From a virus (lineage: Duplodnaviria; Caudoviricetes): a stretch of 64,000 nt of DNA. Shown here in pieces: positions 28,750 through 38,803 of the stretch (positions are counted from its first letter, which is position 1; every line of letters starts with the position of its first letter). Where the stretch lies: IMG/VR virus record IMGVR_UViG_3300028284_000003, positions 43,643-107,642 of that record; one strand, 5' to 3'. A program made the position numbers and the translations under genes. A model generated the notes under the pieces. That model searched no databases, was not told the origin of the DNA, and was given only the letters and a program-made list of their open reading frames with translations.

Positions 28750-29709
28750 TTAATTTTTTCTAATTATTTCTTGTATCTTATACACAAGTGAAAGCATTGT
28801 AATAACAGGATCAATAACATGTAACCTTTGTGCCTGGTGCTTTGCTACTTCTACTACAATTTCAGGAATGTGATTTGCACTTTGTGCCTTTTCCTGTTGA
28901 ATGTATTCGATGAAGTCTTCACCTAAGCTTTGTAACACATCATCTACTCTATTAGAATAATTGCTTACTAATATTTTATAGTTACTAACAGGATTTGTTT
29001 CATTAAATATTAATTCAAATACATCTTTATAAACTGAATTAAATCTTTTAACATCTGCTACCTTAATTTCTGTAGTTCCTTGTGCCTTAAACCCTTGTAA
29101 CTTATTTAATGTACTTCTTAAATCTGGAAAATTTCTTCTTACAAATTCAAGTAGAGCAGCTTTATCGATTGACATTTCTTCTTTTGTGCAAATCTCATAA
29201 ACTCTTCTCATGTATTTTTTAGTTAATTCAGCCTCTTCTTCTTTGTCAAAGTCAAAGTTAATTACTTCAAATCTTGAAAGTATAGGATCTGGTAATTTAT
29301 TAATGTAATTACAAGTGGCTATAAATCTACTATTTGATGCGAATGTTTCCATAGTCGCACGCAATGCTTTAAAAAACTGATCACTAACACCATCTACCTC
29401 ATCAAGTATTACAACCTTCATAGAACTTGGTCCATCCATAATTGAAACAGTTGAACAAAAATCTGTAATTCTTGTTCTAATAACATCTACTGATGTATCG
29501 GTTGATGCGTTAATATAAAGATACGGCATATTGAATTGATTAACAATAGCCTTTGCAGTAGAAGTTTTACCAGTACCTGGAGAACCAGCTAATAAAACGT
29601 TTTGAACTAAGCCATCTTTGAATTTGGCCATAACTCTTTCTGGTAAAATAAGTTCTGATAGATTACTAGGTCTATATTTTTCTGTGAATAGTTGTTGAAC
29701 TGCTTGCAT
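28750..29709 (-). CDS. clamp loader AAA+ subunit (gp44-like)
   Basis: EKYRP, GSPGTGKT, LDEVD, SRF, PDLR. Confidence 0.93.
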   Translation of the reverse strand: MQAVQQLFTEKYRPSNLSELILPERVMAKFKDGLVQNVLLAGSPGTGKTSTAKAIVNQFNMPYLYINASTDTSVDVIRTRITDFCSTVSIMDGPSSMKVVILDEVDGVSDQFFKALRATMETFASNSRFIATCNYINKLPDPILSRFEVINFDFDKEEEAELTKKYMRRVYEICTKEEMSIDKAALLEFVRRNFPDLRSTLNKLQGFKAQGTTEIKVADVKRFNSVYKDVFELIFNETNPVSNYKILVSNYSNRVDDVLQSLGEDFIEYIQQEKAQSANHIPEIVVEVAKHQAQRLHVIDPVITMLSLVYKIQEIIRKN

Positions 29710-29727
29710 TTATTTTTTGTTTAATTA

Positions 29728-29753
29728 TTATATGATTTATTAGTGATTTGTTT
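29728..29753 (-). promoter_or_regulatory. putative middle promoter AAACAA-N14-ATATAA
   Basis: Upstream of clamp loader. Confidence 0.7.
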
Positions 29754-30015
29754 CTTCACAAACGATGCATCCGTTGTTTTTACAAGCTCCACAATCTACT
29801 ACCTTACCCGCTTTATTTGCATGGTTAATTATTTCATTCCAAATTTTTTGAGTTTCTGATTTATAATTTGGTTGTTTCCAGAAAGGAGCTAGCCATTTTG
29901 GATTGTTTACCATTTCTTGATTACATTCGAATTGTTTAGTCTTATTTAATTCACTGTAGTGTTTATTAAATAATTCTAAAGCTACTTTATCGACGGTTGT
30001 ATTTTTATTATGCAT
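29740..30015 (-). CDS. hypothetical protein with C-terminal CxxC..CxxC
   Basis: CGACKNNGCIVC; follows early repeat. Confidence 0.65.
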   Translation of the reverse strand: MHNKNTTVDKVALELFNKHYSELNKTKQFECNQEMVNNPKWLAPFWKQPNYKSETQKIWNEIINHANKAGKVVDCGACKNNGCIVCEETNH

Positions 30016-30021
30016 TATTAA

Positions 30022-30103
30022 GTTTTAATTATAATACTAATATAACTATAATCTTTGACCCGTGAAAATTTTGAGGCAATTTTTTCAGAAAGTTATGAAC
30101 AAT
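30022..30103 (-). promoter_or_regulatory. early repeat copy 8
   Basis: Same core. Confidence 0.8.
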
Positions 30104-30594
30104 TATGGATTTTTTCCCTTTTTAATTATTCTCATAAATTCCTTCTGTTCTTCTAATAAGAGTTTTTTGCAGTATTTACGAAATTCAACACTACTTTTAA
30201 GTATACGACTATCTACCATCGGTGCTTCAAGCACATCAAGGTACTCGGGGTGTATAAAATTTTCTAGACTGAAATTATTAAACTTAGATTGAATGGGTTT
30301 CATACTGATTGCACAAGTCCATTCTACAGTATCATAAGATTCCACTAAGTCGTCCATTGGAACTGGCGTCTCTGTCGTGCAGTCAAAATAAAGTTTATTT
30401 CTTTTTGTACTATTCTTAAGTTTGAGATTATTTGACTCTATTCTAATTATTTGTTCGAGGAATTGAACATCGTTTGCCCATTCATTTAGGCTTCTATTTT
30501 CTATTAGAAATTGTCTGATACTCCTAGGAAGCCCATCGAGTTTTATACCATATCGATGGGCTTGTTTAGGATTGTTTGATTTTTGAATTTTCAA
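30103..30594 (-). CDS. hypothetical protein
   Basis: ORF on coding strand (TTG start). Confidence 0.7.
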   Translation of the reverse strand: MKIQKSNNPKQAHRYGIKLDGLPRSIRQFLIENRSLNEWANDVQFLEQIIRIESNNLKLKNSTKRNKLYFDCTTETPVPMDDLVESYDTVEWTCAISMKPIQSKFNNFSLENFIHPEYLDVLEAPMVDSRILKSSVEFRKYCKKLLLEEQKEFMRIIKKGKNP

Positions 30595-30600
30595 AAGATT

Positions 30601-31053
30601 CTACTTTTCTTTTCTTTCTTTTTTAGAAGGCTTTTCTTTTCTTGGCTTTTCTTCTTTAACCTTTTCTGGTTTATCAGTTACAACCGTAGACTGCGCAGCT
30701 CTGTTAAGAGTAGGTTTGTCTTCTTTTTCTTTAAGGATAGCTGGCTTCTCAGGTCTCATAGTATTATTAGTAGATTGAGTAGCTCTATTAGTTATAACTT
30801 TTCCTTTTCCTTTTTCAACAGTAACTTCTGGTCTATTAGTTACAGTCGTAGATTGAGTAGCTCTATTTGTTGAGTTACTACCTGTAGGTCTAATAGATAC
30901 TGGCGTAGTTGTTTTAATTTCTTTTTCAACTATAACAGAACTGTTAGTTCCTTTTGTATTTTTAATAGGTTTAGTGTTTTTGTGTCCTTTTTCTTGTGCA
31001 GAAATTGAAACAATTGCCAAAAACAGTATACCTGTGATTATTGATTTTTTCAT
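30601..31053 (-). CDS. secreted low-complexity protein with three NRA(T/A)QST repeats
   Basis: Signal peptide MKKSIITGILFLAIVSISA followed by Q. Confidence 0.7.
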   Translation of the reverse strand: MKKSIITGILFLAIVSISAQEKGHKNTKPIKNTKGTNSSVIVEKEIKTTTPVSIRPTGSNSTNRATQSTTVTNRPEVTVEKGKGKVITNRATQSTNNTMRPEKPAILKEKEDKPTLNRAAQSTVVTDKPEKVKEEKPRKEKPSKKERKEK

Positions 31054-31078
31054 ATTTGTGTGTTTAATTTAACTATTA

Positions 31079-31104
31079 TTATATGATAATTAAATAAATT
31101 GTTT
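31079..31104 (-). promoter_or_regulatory. putative middle promoter AAACAA-N14-ATATAA
   Basis: Exact motif and spacing. Confidence 0.7.
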
Positions 31105-31141
31105 CAAATATTTTTACCTTTTCAATATATGCTCTTGTTTT

Positions 31142-31759
31142 TTATTTCCAAGACCATAATCTATTTTCTGGAGTATCATGAATTACAATAGTATCTTCCG
31201 TTATTTTAGTATCGTAAAAGCTTTTATAATTAAATAAAGAAACATCTGGCCCTAAACATTCAAACATTTTATCAGAAATTGCTCTTCCTCCCCATGCCCA
31301 ATCTACATTTTTGTAAATAGATAAAACTTCTTTGATAATTCTAGAATCTTTAGAGGCTCCCATAACAGTACAGTCAATAAGTGCTCCTCTTTTCTCTTCT
31401 ATGCTCTTAGGTCTTACTCCACCAAAAAATGAAGTATTTTCATTAATATTTTCAATAATATTATTAAATGATCTTATAGGATTTGCATCTACATCTACGT
31501 AAACTCCACCAAAATCTCTTAAGATTAATAATCTTGCTCTATCTGCGATATGTGCTGGTTTAAAATGAGTATCGACGTCTTTCCAATAACTTTGTAAAAA
31601 TTTATCTTCTTTATAATGAATTTTAAATATATCATCATTTGTCCATAATTTATATTCCCAATCAGGGTGCAAATTATACATACGTTCCATAAATAATTTG
31701 CACTTTTCAGGAATTGGAGAATTGCCAATCCAAATTTGATGAATTTTCTTAGGTATCAT
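31142..31759 (-). CDS. glycosyltransferase GT32-like (DxD)
   Basis: MIPKKIHQIW, ADRARL, GGVYVDVD; start moved to 31759. Confidence 0.88.
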   Translation of the reverse strand: MIPKKIHQIWIGNSPIPEKCKLFMERMYNLHPDWEYKLWTNDDIFKIHYKEDKFLQSYWKDVDTHFKPAHIADRARLLILRDFGGVYVDVDANPIRSFNNIIENINENTSFFGGVRPKSIEEKRGALIDCTVMGASKDSRIIKEVLSIYKNVDWAWGGRAISDKMFECLGPDVSLFNYKSFYDTKITEDTIVIHDTPENRLWSWK

Positions 31760-31766
31760 TTTAGTC

Positions 31767-32645
31767 TTAAATAATAGGAGCTTGTCTTCCTGAACCATCA
31801 AATTGTGATTCATTATATCCTGATCCTGTATCTATTCCACCTGATTTAACTTCTGGTTTGTGGAAAACAACAGCATTTCCTTCAGGGTCTTTAATAGTTT
31901 TCTTATCTGATCCTTCAGAACCTTCACCTTGTTTAAAACCTTGTTTAATCAATGCTTCCTTTTGTTGTTTAAATTTTTCTTTAGCCATTTCTTCCTTACT
32001 TGGACCTTCGCTTTGAAGTTCTTTAGCAGCTGAAATTTCTTCTTTATAATCTTGATTTAATTTACCAATTTGTTGCTTAAGATTTGACTTTTGGTCTGGA
32101 TCATCTGATAAACCTGTTTTTCTTTTAATAGCACCTAATTTACCTTCAATTCTAGTCATGTTTTTAACCTTTTGAGAATATGTACTACCGTTTTGATTTT
32201 GATACGTGTCTATAGATTTTTCTAAATCATCAATATTTTTACCTAAATCCTTCGCTTTAGTTTGCATTGTCTTTTTCTTTTCTGCAGGCGCATTTGCTAC
32301 TGCAAAATCTAGATCTACTTTATTAAGTCTAATCTTATTAGCTTTCTTTTGTAGTTTTCTAACTTTAGGAGCAACTATCATAAAATCTTTAAGTTTTTTC
32401 ATAGTTGTTTCGTCCTTTTCATCTAATCCCATATAATAATCACTAAGTGATTCATTCATATTAGTTTCTAAATCTTTTAATTTAGCTAGTATTGTATCTA
32501 TTTCAGATGAGACGTCTGTATTAGTGTCTGATGCTATAGAGTCTGTTTCATTTTCAACAGCTACCGAATCTACCATATTAGATGTTAAATCATTTGAAAA
32601 TTCTTCAAATGATTTTAAGCTTTCGTTTAAAATTAATTTTTTCAT
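31767..32645 (-). CDS. putative internal head protein (coiled coil)
   Basis: LNESLKSFEEF capsid-targeting-like motif; late motif at 32680-32687. Confidence 0.55.
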   Translation of the reverse strand: MKKLILNESLKSFEEFSNDLTSNMVDSVAVENETDSIASDTNTDVSSEIDTILAKLKDLETNMNESLSDYYMGLDEKDETTMKKLKDFMIVAPKVRKLQKKANKIRLNKVDLDFAVANAPAEKKKTMQTKAKDLGKNIDDLEKSIDTYQNQNGSTYSQKVKNMTRIEGKLGAIKRKTGLSDDPDQKSNLKQQIGKLNQDYKEEISAAKELQSEGPSKEEMAKEKFKQQKEALIKQGFKQGEGSEGSDKKTIKDPEGNAVVFHKPEVKSGGIDTGSGYNESQFDGSGRQAPII

Positions 32646-32708
32646 TTTATTTTTGATTTTTATTTATAATCGTATAATCTATATATCCTTTAAAAAAATG
32701 TAAAAAAA

Positions 32709-32734
32709 AAGGATTCTAATTTCTTAGAATCCTT
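32709..32734 (-). terminator. terminator after major capsid gene
   Basis: AAGGATTCTAA..TTAGAATCCTT plus U tract on minus strand. Confidence 0.75.
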
Positions 32735-32761
32735 AATTTATTGTTTACTAATTAGTGATTA

Positions 32762-34195
32762 TTAAGCTATGTTAATCATGTCACCTGCAGCACCGTTAAC
32801 AGTAATATCAAATGATGCATATTGTGTTTCAGGGTGGAACCCTGCAGCAACTAATGCAAATCTTGATTTAACAGCTACTTTAGGAGCCATAGTTCCTTCA
32901 GCAATTGTTTGTACTGATTCAGCCATTAAGTAAGGCATGAATACAAGACCTGGACCATTACCATCACCTTTTCTACCAACTAATACAGTTGCTTCAGACC
33001 AAGCCCATTTTGGGTTAGTATAAACCTGTACACCTGCAACAGAACCAACTGGGTAAATAGCACCAGCAGCTTGAGTAGCTGTGTTAGCGAATGGGTTAGG
33101 TACGAAACCAGCAACAGCTTGAATTAATGTAGCAACTTGTGGTCCTACAACCGCAAAGTTACCTGCACCTCTTCTACCTCTGTTTGCGATCAAGTTAGCC
33201 GCAGCTAAAATTCCTGTTAGTACTCTTCTATGTTCAGAACCTTCAGTTTGACCACCAGCAGCTGGAGTAATTAAATCAACGTTTAAAGAAATACCAGATT
33301 TAGTCATGTTATCACCAGCTAAAGTTTCTATTTCTTCAATAATTAAATCATTGATAGTTTGTGTTAATTCGTTAGTTAAAACTGCCTCAACTTGAGCAAC
33401 AGCATCAACACCGAATTGTTTTAAATCTTGAACTTGTTCTCTTGTAACTGCAGCAGCAACTTGGTAAGTTTTTGCTTCAATTGCTTTAGAGAATAAAGAT
33501 AGACCCATTACTTTATCAGCAGTAGATTCACCTGTAGTTCTATCAAATGGTTGACCATTATCTTGACCAACAAATCCTGGGATGTGATCGTTTAATGCAG
33601 CAACTAACTCAACGTTAGAATATCCTGCAGCAGTAAAATCAGCAGCAACGTTTGCAGCAACTAATGTACCTACTTTAAAGATTGGTTTTCCATCTATTCT
33701 AGATTCTGCAACGTATGTGTGAGCACCGTTACCTGCACCAGCTGTAATATCAGCTGAAGCACCTGTTGCTTTTACATAAGTTGGAGCCTCTGCATTATCT
33801 AATTTACCACCTTCATATACGAAGTCTAAGTAAGATAAAAGACCCATAGGACCAGCCATTGGTACGACAGGAACTAAATCTAAACCGATTGTTTGTGCTG
33901 CAACTTGCATCGCTAAAGGAAGTAAAGTTGGAGCTTTGTCACCTGAACCATCTGCAGTACCTGCAGCTCCGATACCACCAAAATCAGATGGGAATGCTAC
34001 TGCACCCATACCACCGATATTCATAGGACCTGGATTGTTTGAAAGTGACATGATGTTTGCGTCTTCATAAAGTTTGTGATTATGACAGTACTCAGACATC
34101 CATGCTAATTTTGAAGCTTCGTTGATACCAGTAGCGCTCTCGATAATTGGAGACCATGTTGCTCTGATTTCAGCTTCATTTATTAAATTTGCCAT
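32762..34195 (-). CDS. major capsid protein (gp23-like)
   Basis: LDLVPVVPMAGP, RRGAGNF, FMPY, KSRFAL; likely start MANLINE at 34195. Confidence 0.93.
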   Translation of the reverse strand: MANLINEAEIRATWSPIIESATGINEASKLAWMSEYCHNHKLYEDANIMSLSNNPGPMNIGGMGAVAFPSDFGGIGAAGTADGSGDKAPTLLPLAMQVAAQTIGLDLVPVVPMAGPMGLLSYLDFVYEGGKLDNAEAPTYVKATGASADITAGAGNGAHTYVAESRIDGKPIFKVGTLVAANVAADFTAAGYSNVELVAALNDHIPGFVGQDNGQPFDRTTGESTADKVMGLSLFSKAIEAKTYQVAAAVTREQVQDLKQFGVDAVAQVEAVLTNELTQTINDLIIEEIETLAGDNMTKSGISLNVDLITPAAGGQTEGSEHRRVLTGILAAANLIANRGRRGAGNFAVVGPQVATLIQAVAGFVPNPFANTATQAAGAIYPVGSVAGVQVYTNPKWAWSEATVLVGRKGDGNGPGLVFMPYLMAESVQTIAEGTMAPKVAVKSRFALVAAGFHPETQYASFDITVNGAAGDMINIA

Positions 34196-34279
34196 TTTAT
34201 AAATTTCTATTTTTTGTTTGTTTAATTTCGACTTATTATTTCGGCTTTCTGCTTCTGTCACCAAATCGTCGATTGTTTA

Positions 34280-36178
34280 TTATTTTTTAAATCTTTTTGC
34301 CATTGCTTCTGCAACACCATCTAAGTTATAAGGAAGTGTTTTAGTAGCAACCTCTTTCTTTTCAGTTACCATAGCAACTTTTTCCATTACTGGAGCAGTT
34401 TCTCTAAGGTCTCTTGTTTGCCAGAAGTTTCTTACTTGATATTCAGTCTCAACTTTGTGAGTTCTTGACTGTGCAAGTAATTGATTTTTCTTAGCTTCAG
34501 AAAGATTTTCCCATTTTGCTTTATATTCTGTTGGCATTGCTGAAAGAACTAACGGTTCGTTGTTATTTTCTTCAGTAACAGTTGTAGTGTTTTCAATAAT
34601 TCTAACTATCTGAGATTCAGTTAAAAATCCTGCACCTTCTACTTCTGTTCTTACCGCTGTTCTTGCATTTTCGTTTAATGCATTATATTTTTCAGCAGTA
34701 GATGAACCAACTAGTTTAAAGAAATGTGGATCATTATTTTCCTTTGTCTTTGCAGATTCTAATAAAGATGTTAATTTATTAGAAATTTCTGATTTATAAG
34801 ATTCTAAAGGATCATCAGCACCTTCTTCACCTGAATTTTCAGGAGCTTTATCATCTGCTTCTTCGCCTTCAGCTTCTCTTTTTTCATCGTTGTCAACTTC
34901 AGTGTGATCGGCTTTAATATCTTCACCTTCAACTCCTGCGTCGCCGTCTTTATCAGCAGCTTGACCTTCTTCTGAATTATTACCAACTTTTTCAAGTTCG
35001 TTATCGTCATCAGATTCACCAGCTTCTTTAGCAGTAACATCATCAGCTTCAACTACTAAATTTTCGTTAATTGATTCTGCAATATAACTAGCATATTCGC
35101 TAACATTTTGTACATTATCTTTTAAATAGTTAACATACTCTACTAATTTTTCATTAGTTTCTGTACCTTCATTATAAGATTCAGCAATATAATTGCTATA
35201 GTCTTTTAATTTAGTTACTGATTCAGCAATATGTTCAGTATAAGAAATTCCTTGATCAGTCTTTTCAGCAACATGCTCAGCATATTGAATTGATTGATCA
35301 GTTTTTTCTGCTAAATATTCTGAATACTGAATATTTTGATCAGTTTTTTCTGCAACATATTTAACATACTCTGTTAAATTGTTTATTGATTCAACAATAT
35401 GATCGTTGTGAGCAGTTACAGTTTTAATGTCTTCATTTGTAGTAGCAGATCCTTCAGTTGAAGTTTCTGATAATTCTGTAAGAGTAGACTTTAATCCTTT
35501 TATTTGCTCAGCCAAATACTTAGTGTAATTGTTGAAGTCATCTGTTTTTACAAATTCTTCCATTGTTTGCTCTTTTTTATTTTCGTTTGTTGTTTTATTA
35601 TTTATCTCTTTTTTAAATACTTCATATATAAATAAGCTTTCGTCGTTAGCAAAACCATAAGATTCATTAACTCTATTTAATTGCGCATTTTCAAATCCTG
35701 GATCTGCAACTAAATCATAAGTAAATAATTGTTTGATTTTAACTTTACCGCCTTCTGAAACTTCTCCAGCAGCTCTAGAACTAATATGTAAAGGTACACC
35801 GGCATCAACTAATGCTTTAGCTTGTTTACCAGCATCAGTATCTAATAACCTGATTTTACCCATTACTTTCTTGTTTTCTTGATCATACCTTAACTCTTCG
35901 ACAACGTGTGATACGTTTTTAAGAGAAATGTCAAATTGTTGAGGGTGATCTAATTCACCAAGTAATTTAGAACCTCCGATTTTATCTTGTAACGATTTAA
36001 TTTGCGGAAGGTATTCATCTTCAGTATAGATTCTGTTATTTTTATTCTTAACATCGATCTCGCCAAAAACACCCTCTAATACATAGTCTTTTGTTTCTCC
36101 TGATTGTTCTAGAACACTAGAAGATTTTTCAACTATTAATAAATTATAATCGTTAGGCTTATTTATAAGTCTATCCAT
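34280..36178 (-). CDS. prohead protease (gp21-like) fused to scaffold (gp22-like)
   Basis: KNKNNRIY, GELDHP, ISSRAAG, YDLVADPGF, then ~430-aa acidic coiled coil. Confidence 0.88.
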   Translation of the reverse strand: MDRLINKPNDYNLLIVEKSSSVLEQSGETKDYVLEGVFGEIDVKNKNNRIYTEDEYLPQIKSLQDKIGGSKLLGELDHPQQFDISLKNVSHVVEELRYDQENKKVMGKIRLLDTDAGKQAKALVDAGVPLHISSRAAGEVSEGGKVKIKQLFTYDLVADPGFENAQLNRVNESYGFANDESLFIYEVFKKEINNKTTNENKKEQTMEEFVKTDDFNNYTKYLAEQIKGLKSTLTELSETSTEGSATTNEDIKTVTAHNDHIVESINNLTEYVKYVAEKTDQNIQYSEYLAEKTDQSIQYAEHVAEKTDQGISYTEHIAESVTKLKDYSNYIAESYNEGTETNEKLVEYVNYLKDNVQNVSEYASYIAESINENLVVEADDVTAKEAGESDDDNELEKVGNNSEEGQAADKDGDAGVEGEDIKADHTEVDNDEKREAEGEEADDKAPENSGEEGADDPLESYKSEISNKLTSLLESAKTKENNDPHFFKLVGSSTAEKYNALNENARTAVRTEVEGAGFLTESQIVRIIENTTTVTEENNNEPLVLSAMPTEYKAKWENLSEAKKNQLLAQSRTHKVETEYQVRNFWQTRDLRETAPVMEKVAMVTEKKEVATKTLPYNLDGVAEAMAKRFKK

Positions 36179-36198
36179 TTTGTTTTTTTTCTTTTTTG

Positions 36199-36206
36199 TA
36201 TATATC
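36199..36206 (-). promoter_or_regulatory. putative late promoter GATATATA
   Basis: Upstream of protease-capsid operon. Confidence 0.6.
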
Positions 36207-36226
36207 TTTAACTTAAAGTCTTTTTC

Positions 36227-36562
36227 TTAAACATCCATCCCGAGTGGATCTTCACCACCTGCACCTTCTTTCTCTTCTTCTTTCTCTTCTTCTGCTTTTT
36301 CTTTATAATAATCTTGGTATGCAGTTAACATTTGTCCCATTGTTTCTGTATCAAACTTATTTGAACCATATTTATCATAAAAATACGCTTTAAATGCATC
36401 TTCAGTATCTGCGCTTAGTATTTGACCTAAAATCTCTTGAGCTGAAATAACTTTACCATCTGCTGTTTTTTGATCACTAACCTCTACTTTACTATCGTCA
36501 CCTGCTTTAATAGATGTTAACTGAGCTTCAGTTATAAATTGATTGAATGTTTTAATTTTCAT
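36227..36562 (-). CDS. putative prohead core/internal protein
   Basis: MKIKTFNQFITE N-terminus; between portal and protease. Confidence 0.6.
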   Translation of the reverse strand: MKIKTFNQFITEAQLTSIKAGDDSKVEVSDQKTADGKVISAQEILGQILSADTEDAFKAYFYDKYGSNKFDTETMGQMLTAYQDYYKEKAEEEKEEEKEGAGGEDPLGMDV

Positions 36563-36578
36563 AGTTTATATATCATTT

Positions 36579-38177
36579 TTACATGGCCATTGGATCCTCT
36601 GGTTCAGGAGCCTCGGCATCTTGTTTTTCAGCCTTTTTCTTAGCTGCTGCATTTGCTGCAATATCGTCTGGGCTTAATTGTAAATATCTATCAACTAAAA
36701 ATGCCATATCGAAGTAGTATTCTTCCTCCATTGTTTCTTGATTAGTTGTCATTAAACTATCTCTCATTGTAGAAACAAATTCTAATCTTCTTTCCATTAT
36801 TTCCATTTCCTTTAATGCTGCAAAGTCATTATCTCTATTATATCTTAATGCTACTTGTGTTTTAAAACCAGGATCTTCAGCAAGATCTTTATATGCAATA
36901 CACATTTGTAAATAAAGTGGCTTCACTAATATTTCTTGGAAAGCTGCTCTTAGTCTCTTTACAAACTTGCTAAATTTAATTTCATCTCTAATCATTCCAT
37001 CAGCGGCAAGATTAAAATCTCCACCACCATCTTCATATAAAAATCTAGAATAAGGTATTTTAGAAACATGTTTAAGTTTATCTGAAAAATATTTAAGTGC
37101 TTCTGTATCTGAAAGATCTGGACCTGATGCATCTAATGTTTCAATCTCAGGACTGTCACCGTCTTTACTTGGTAACCAATATTCTTTATTAAATTGTAGC
37201 ATGGGTTTACCATCGGTTGTCAAAGAACCAGACTCCCAATCAAAATCAACTACTTCTTTATATGAATTCATTAATTGTGCAAGTGATTGTTTTGCTCTTG
37301 TTTTAGATTTACCACCGACTGGTATAACAAATTTCATTCTATAAGAACTATTAGTCACTGCCCAAATAATTCTCGTATGTTCCATAATTCTTAATAAGTT
37401 AAAAGATCTAATAAGTCTTTCAACATAACTAACTCTACCTGCTGTAGTTATAGAAGAATAAGAAAGGTAAATAATTTGAGAATCATATAATTTTCTTTCT
37501 TTTACTGGATCGTCTTTAAATTGTACCCATACCTTTTTACCATCTTCTTTATTATAACCTGGGACTAATGTAATTGGATCTAATTCTTTAAAACCAATAA
37601 TTTCCTTTTGGTCAGGTGAGTAAATAATTTCAAATGCTAAATAACCATCAATTAGCCATTTTCTAAAATAATACCAAGCAGATTGATCTGAGTTAAATCC
37701 AAATGCATGGTATATTTGTCTAAAATATCTGTTTAAATCTTTTTGAATACCATCGGCGACTTCAACTCCTAAGATTTCAGGAGAAGCGAAAAAGTTTTTA
37801 TTATCATATACTATAGTTTCGTCACATAGTATATCTAAAATGTCTTCAATCTCGTCATTTACTGAAAAACCTCTAAGTTCATCTCTTTTTACTTCATATC
37901 GTTGATCGAAAAAAGGAACATTCTTTCGCATTGTAGTATCAGCCATTGACAGTGCAGCAAATGCAGCATACATGTCATCATTGTCTAATCCCATTGGATT
38001 CATTTGGCCATAGCCAAACTTATCTTCTAATGGACCAACTGCCTGAGACTGTCTAAGTATCATGTCATCATATCTCATACCGAATGATGAAAGTAACTTT
38101 AATGTATTGTTTAACCTAAAAGGTCTTTTATTACTTAGTGGACCATTTCTTGGATCCTTATCTGCAAAACCTGCCAT
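36579..38177 (-). CDS. portal protein (gp20-like)
   Basis: FRKWLIDG, EYWLP..G..IETL, IRDEIKFSKFVKRLR. Confidence 0.93.
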   Translation of the reverse strand: MAGFADKDPRNGPLSNKRPFRLNNTLKLLSSFGMRYDDMILRQSQAVGPLEDKFGYGQMNPMGLDNDDMYAAFAALSMADTTMRKNVPFFDQRYEVKRDELRGFSVNDEIEDILDILCDETIVYDNKNFFASPEILGVEVADGIQKDLNRYFRQIYHAFGFNSDQSAWYYFRKWLIDGYLAFEIIYSPDQKEIIGFKELDPITLVPGYNKEDGKKVWVQFKDDPVKERKLYDSQIIYLSYSSITTAGRVSYVERLIRSFNLLRIMEHTRIIWAVTNSSYRMKFVIPVGGKSKTRAKQSLAQLMNSYKEVVDFDWESGSLTTDGKPMLQFNKEYWLPSKDGDSPEIETLDASGPDLSDTEALKYFSDKLKHVSKIPYSRFLYEDGGGDFNLAADGMIRDEIKFSKFVKRLRAAFQEILVKPLYLQMCIAYKDLAEDPGFKTQVALRYNRDNDFAALKEMEIMERRLEFVSTMRDSLMTTNQETMEEEYYFDMAFLVDRYLQLSPDDIAANAAAKKKAEKQDAEAPEPEDPMAM

Positions 38178-38218
38178 AATTTCTTATATCGTTTATAAAT
38201 TTATATATTCAATTTTTT

Positions 38219-38803
38219 TTATTTGTTTCTAAATTCATTTACTAGTTGAATATATGTTGTTCCATTTAAATCTGCAAAGTCACAAAGTACTATCTTTGCC
38301 CAATTTTCATAACTAACAACCGCTTGTCCAATTTTTCTATTTGGTATGTATTGTCTAATTGCAAATTTATAATTTGCTAAAAACTCTTTTGCACCTTCCC
38401 AACTAATTGAAAGTTGATTTTGTCGACGAGCATCGTTTTTCTTGCCGCCTACTGATTCTCTTTTTATTTCACTTTCAAACGCATTGTAAACTCTATCTAA
38501 TAATCTTTCTTTAACATTGCTTGGAAGAAGATTTAAGTTAATACCGACATCGTTATTTCCATCAGGATCAAGGGCCAATACAACTGGATTTGCATCATAC
38601 CATGGTAATTCAGTTGCATATTTAGGATTATATCTAAACACATACACTTTACCTGACTGAAACCTACCTCCAGTGGTTTGTACACTTTTTTCAGCTGCTG
38701 TTTTCTTTCCACTATCATACCAACTTTCTGCAGCTCTTTTAGCTCTAGTCCTACCGCCTGATTCTTTAATTAATTCCTTTATGTCTTGTCTAACTCTTGC
38801 CAT
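38219..38803 (-). CDS. DNA end protector (gp2-like)
   Basis: GKVYVFRYNPK..LPWYD..P, GINL. Confidence 0.75.
   Translation of the reverse strand: MARVRQDIKELIKESGGRTRAKRAAESWYDSGKKTAAEKSVQTTGGRFQSGKVYVFRYNPKYATELPWYDANPVVLALDPDGNNDVGINLNLLPSNVKERLLDRVYNAFESEIKRESVGGKKNDARRQNQLSISWEGAKEFLANYKFAIRQYIPNRKIGQAVVSYENWAKIVLCDFADLNGTTYIQLVNEFRNK

Noticed and set aside
31760-31813. ORF-track N-terminal extension of the glycosyltransferase
   Set aside because: It overlaps the upstream gene, and the family typically starts at MIPK
34196-34264. ORF-track N-terminal extension of the capsid protein
   Set aside because: MANLINE at 34195 has an A-rich leader and a protease-type site; the extension looks non-coding
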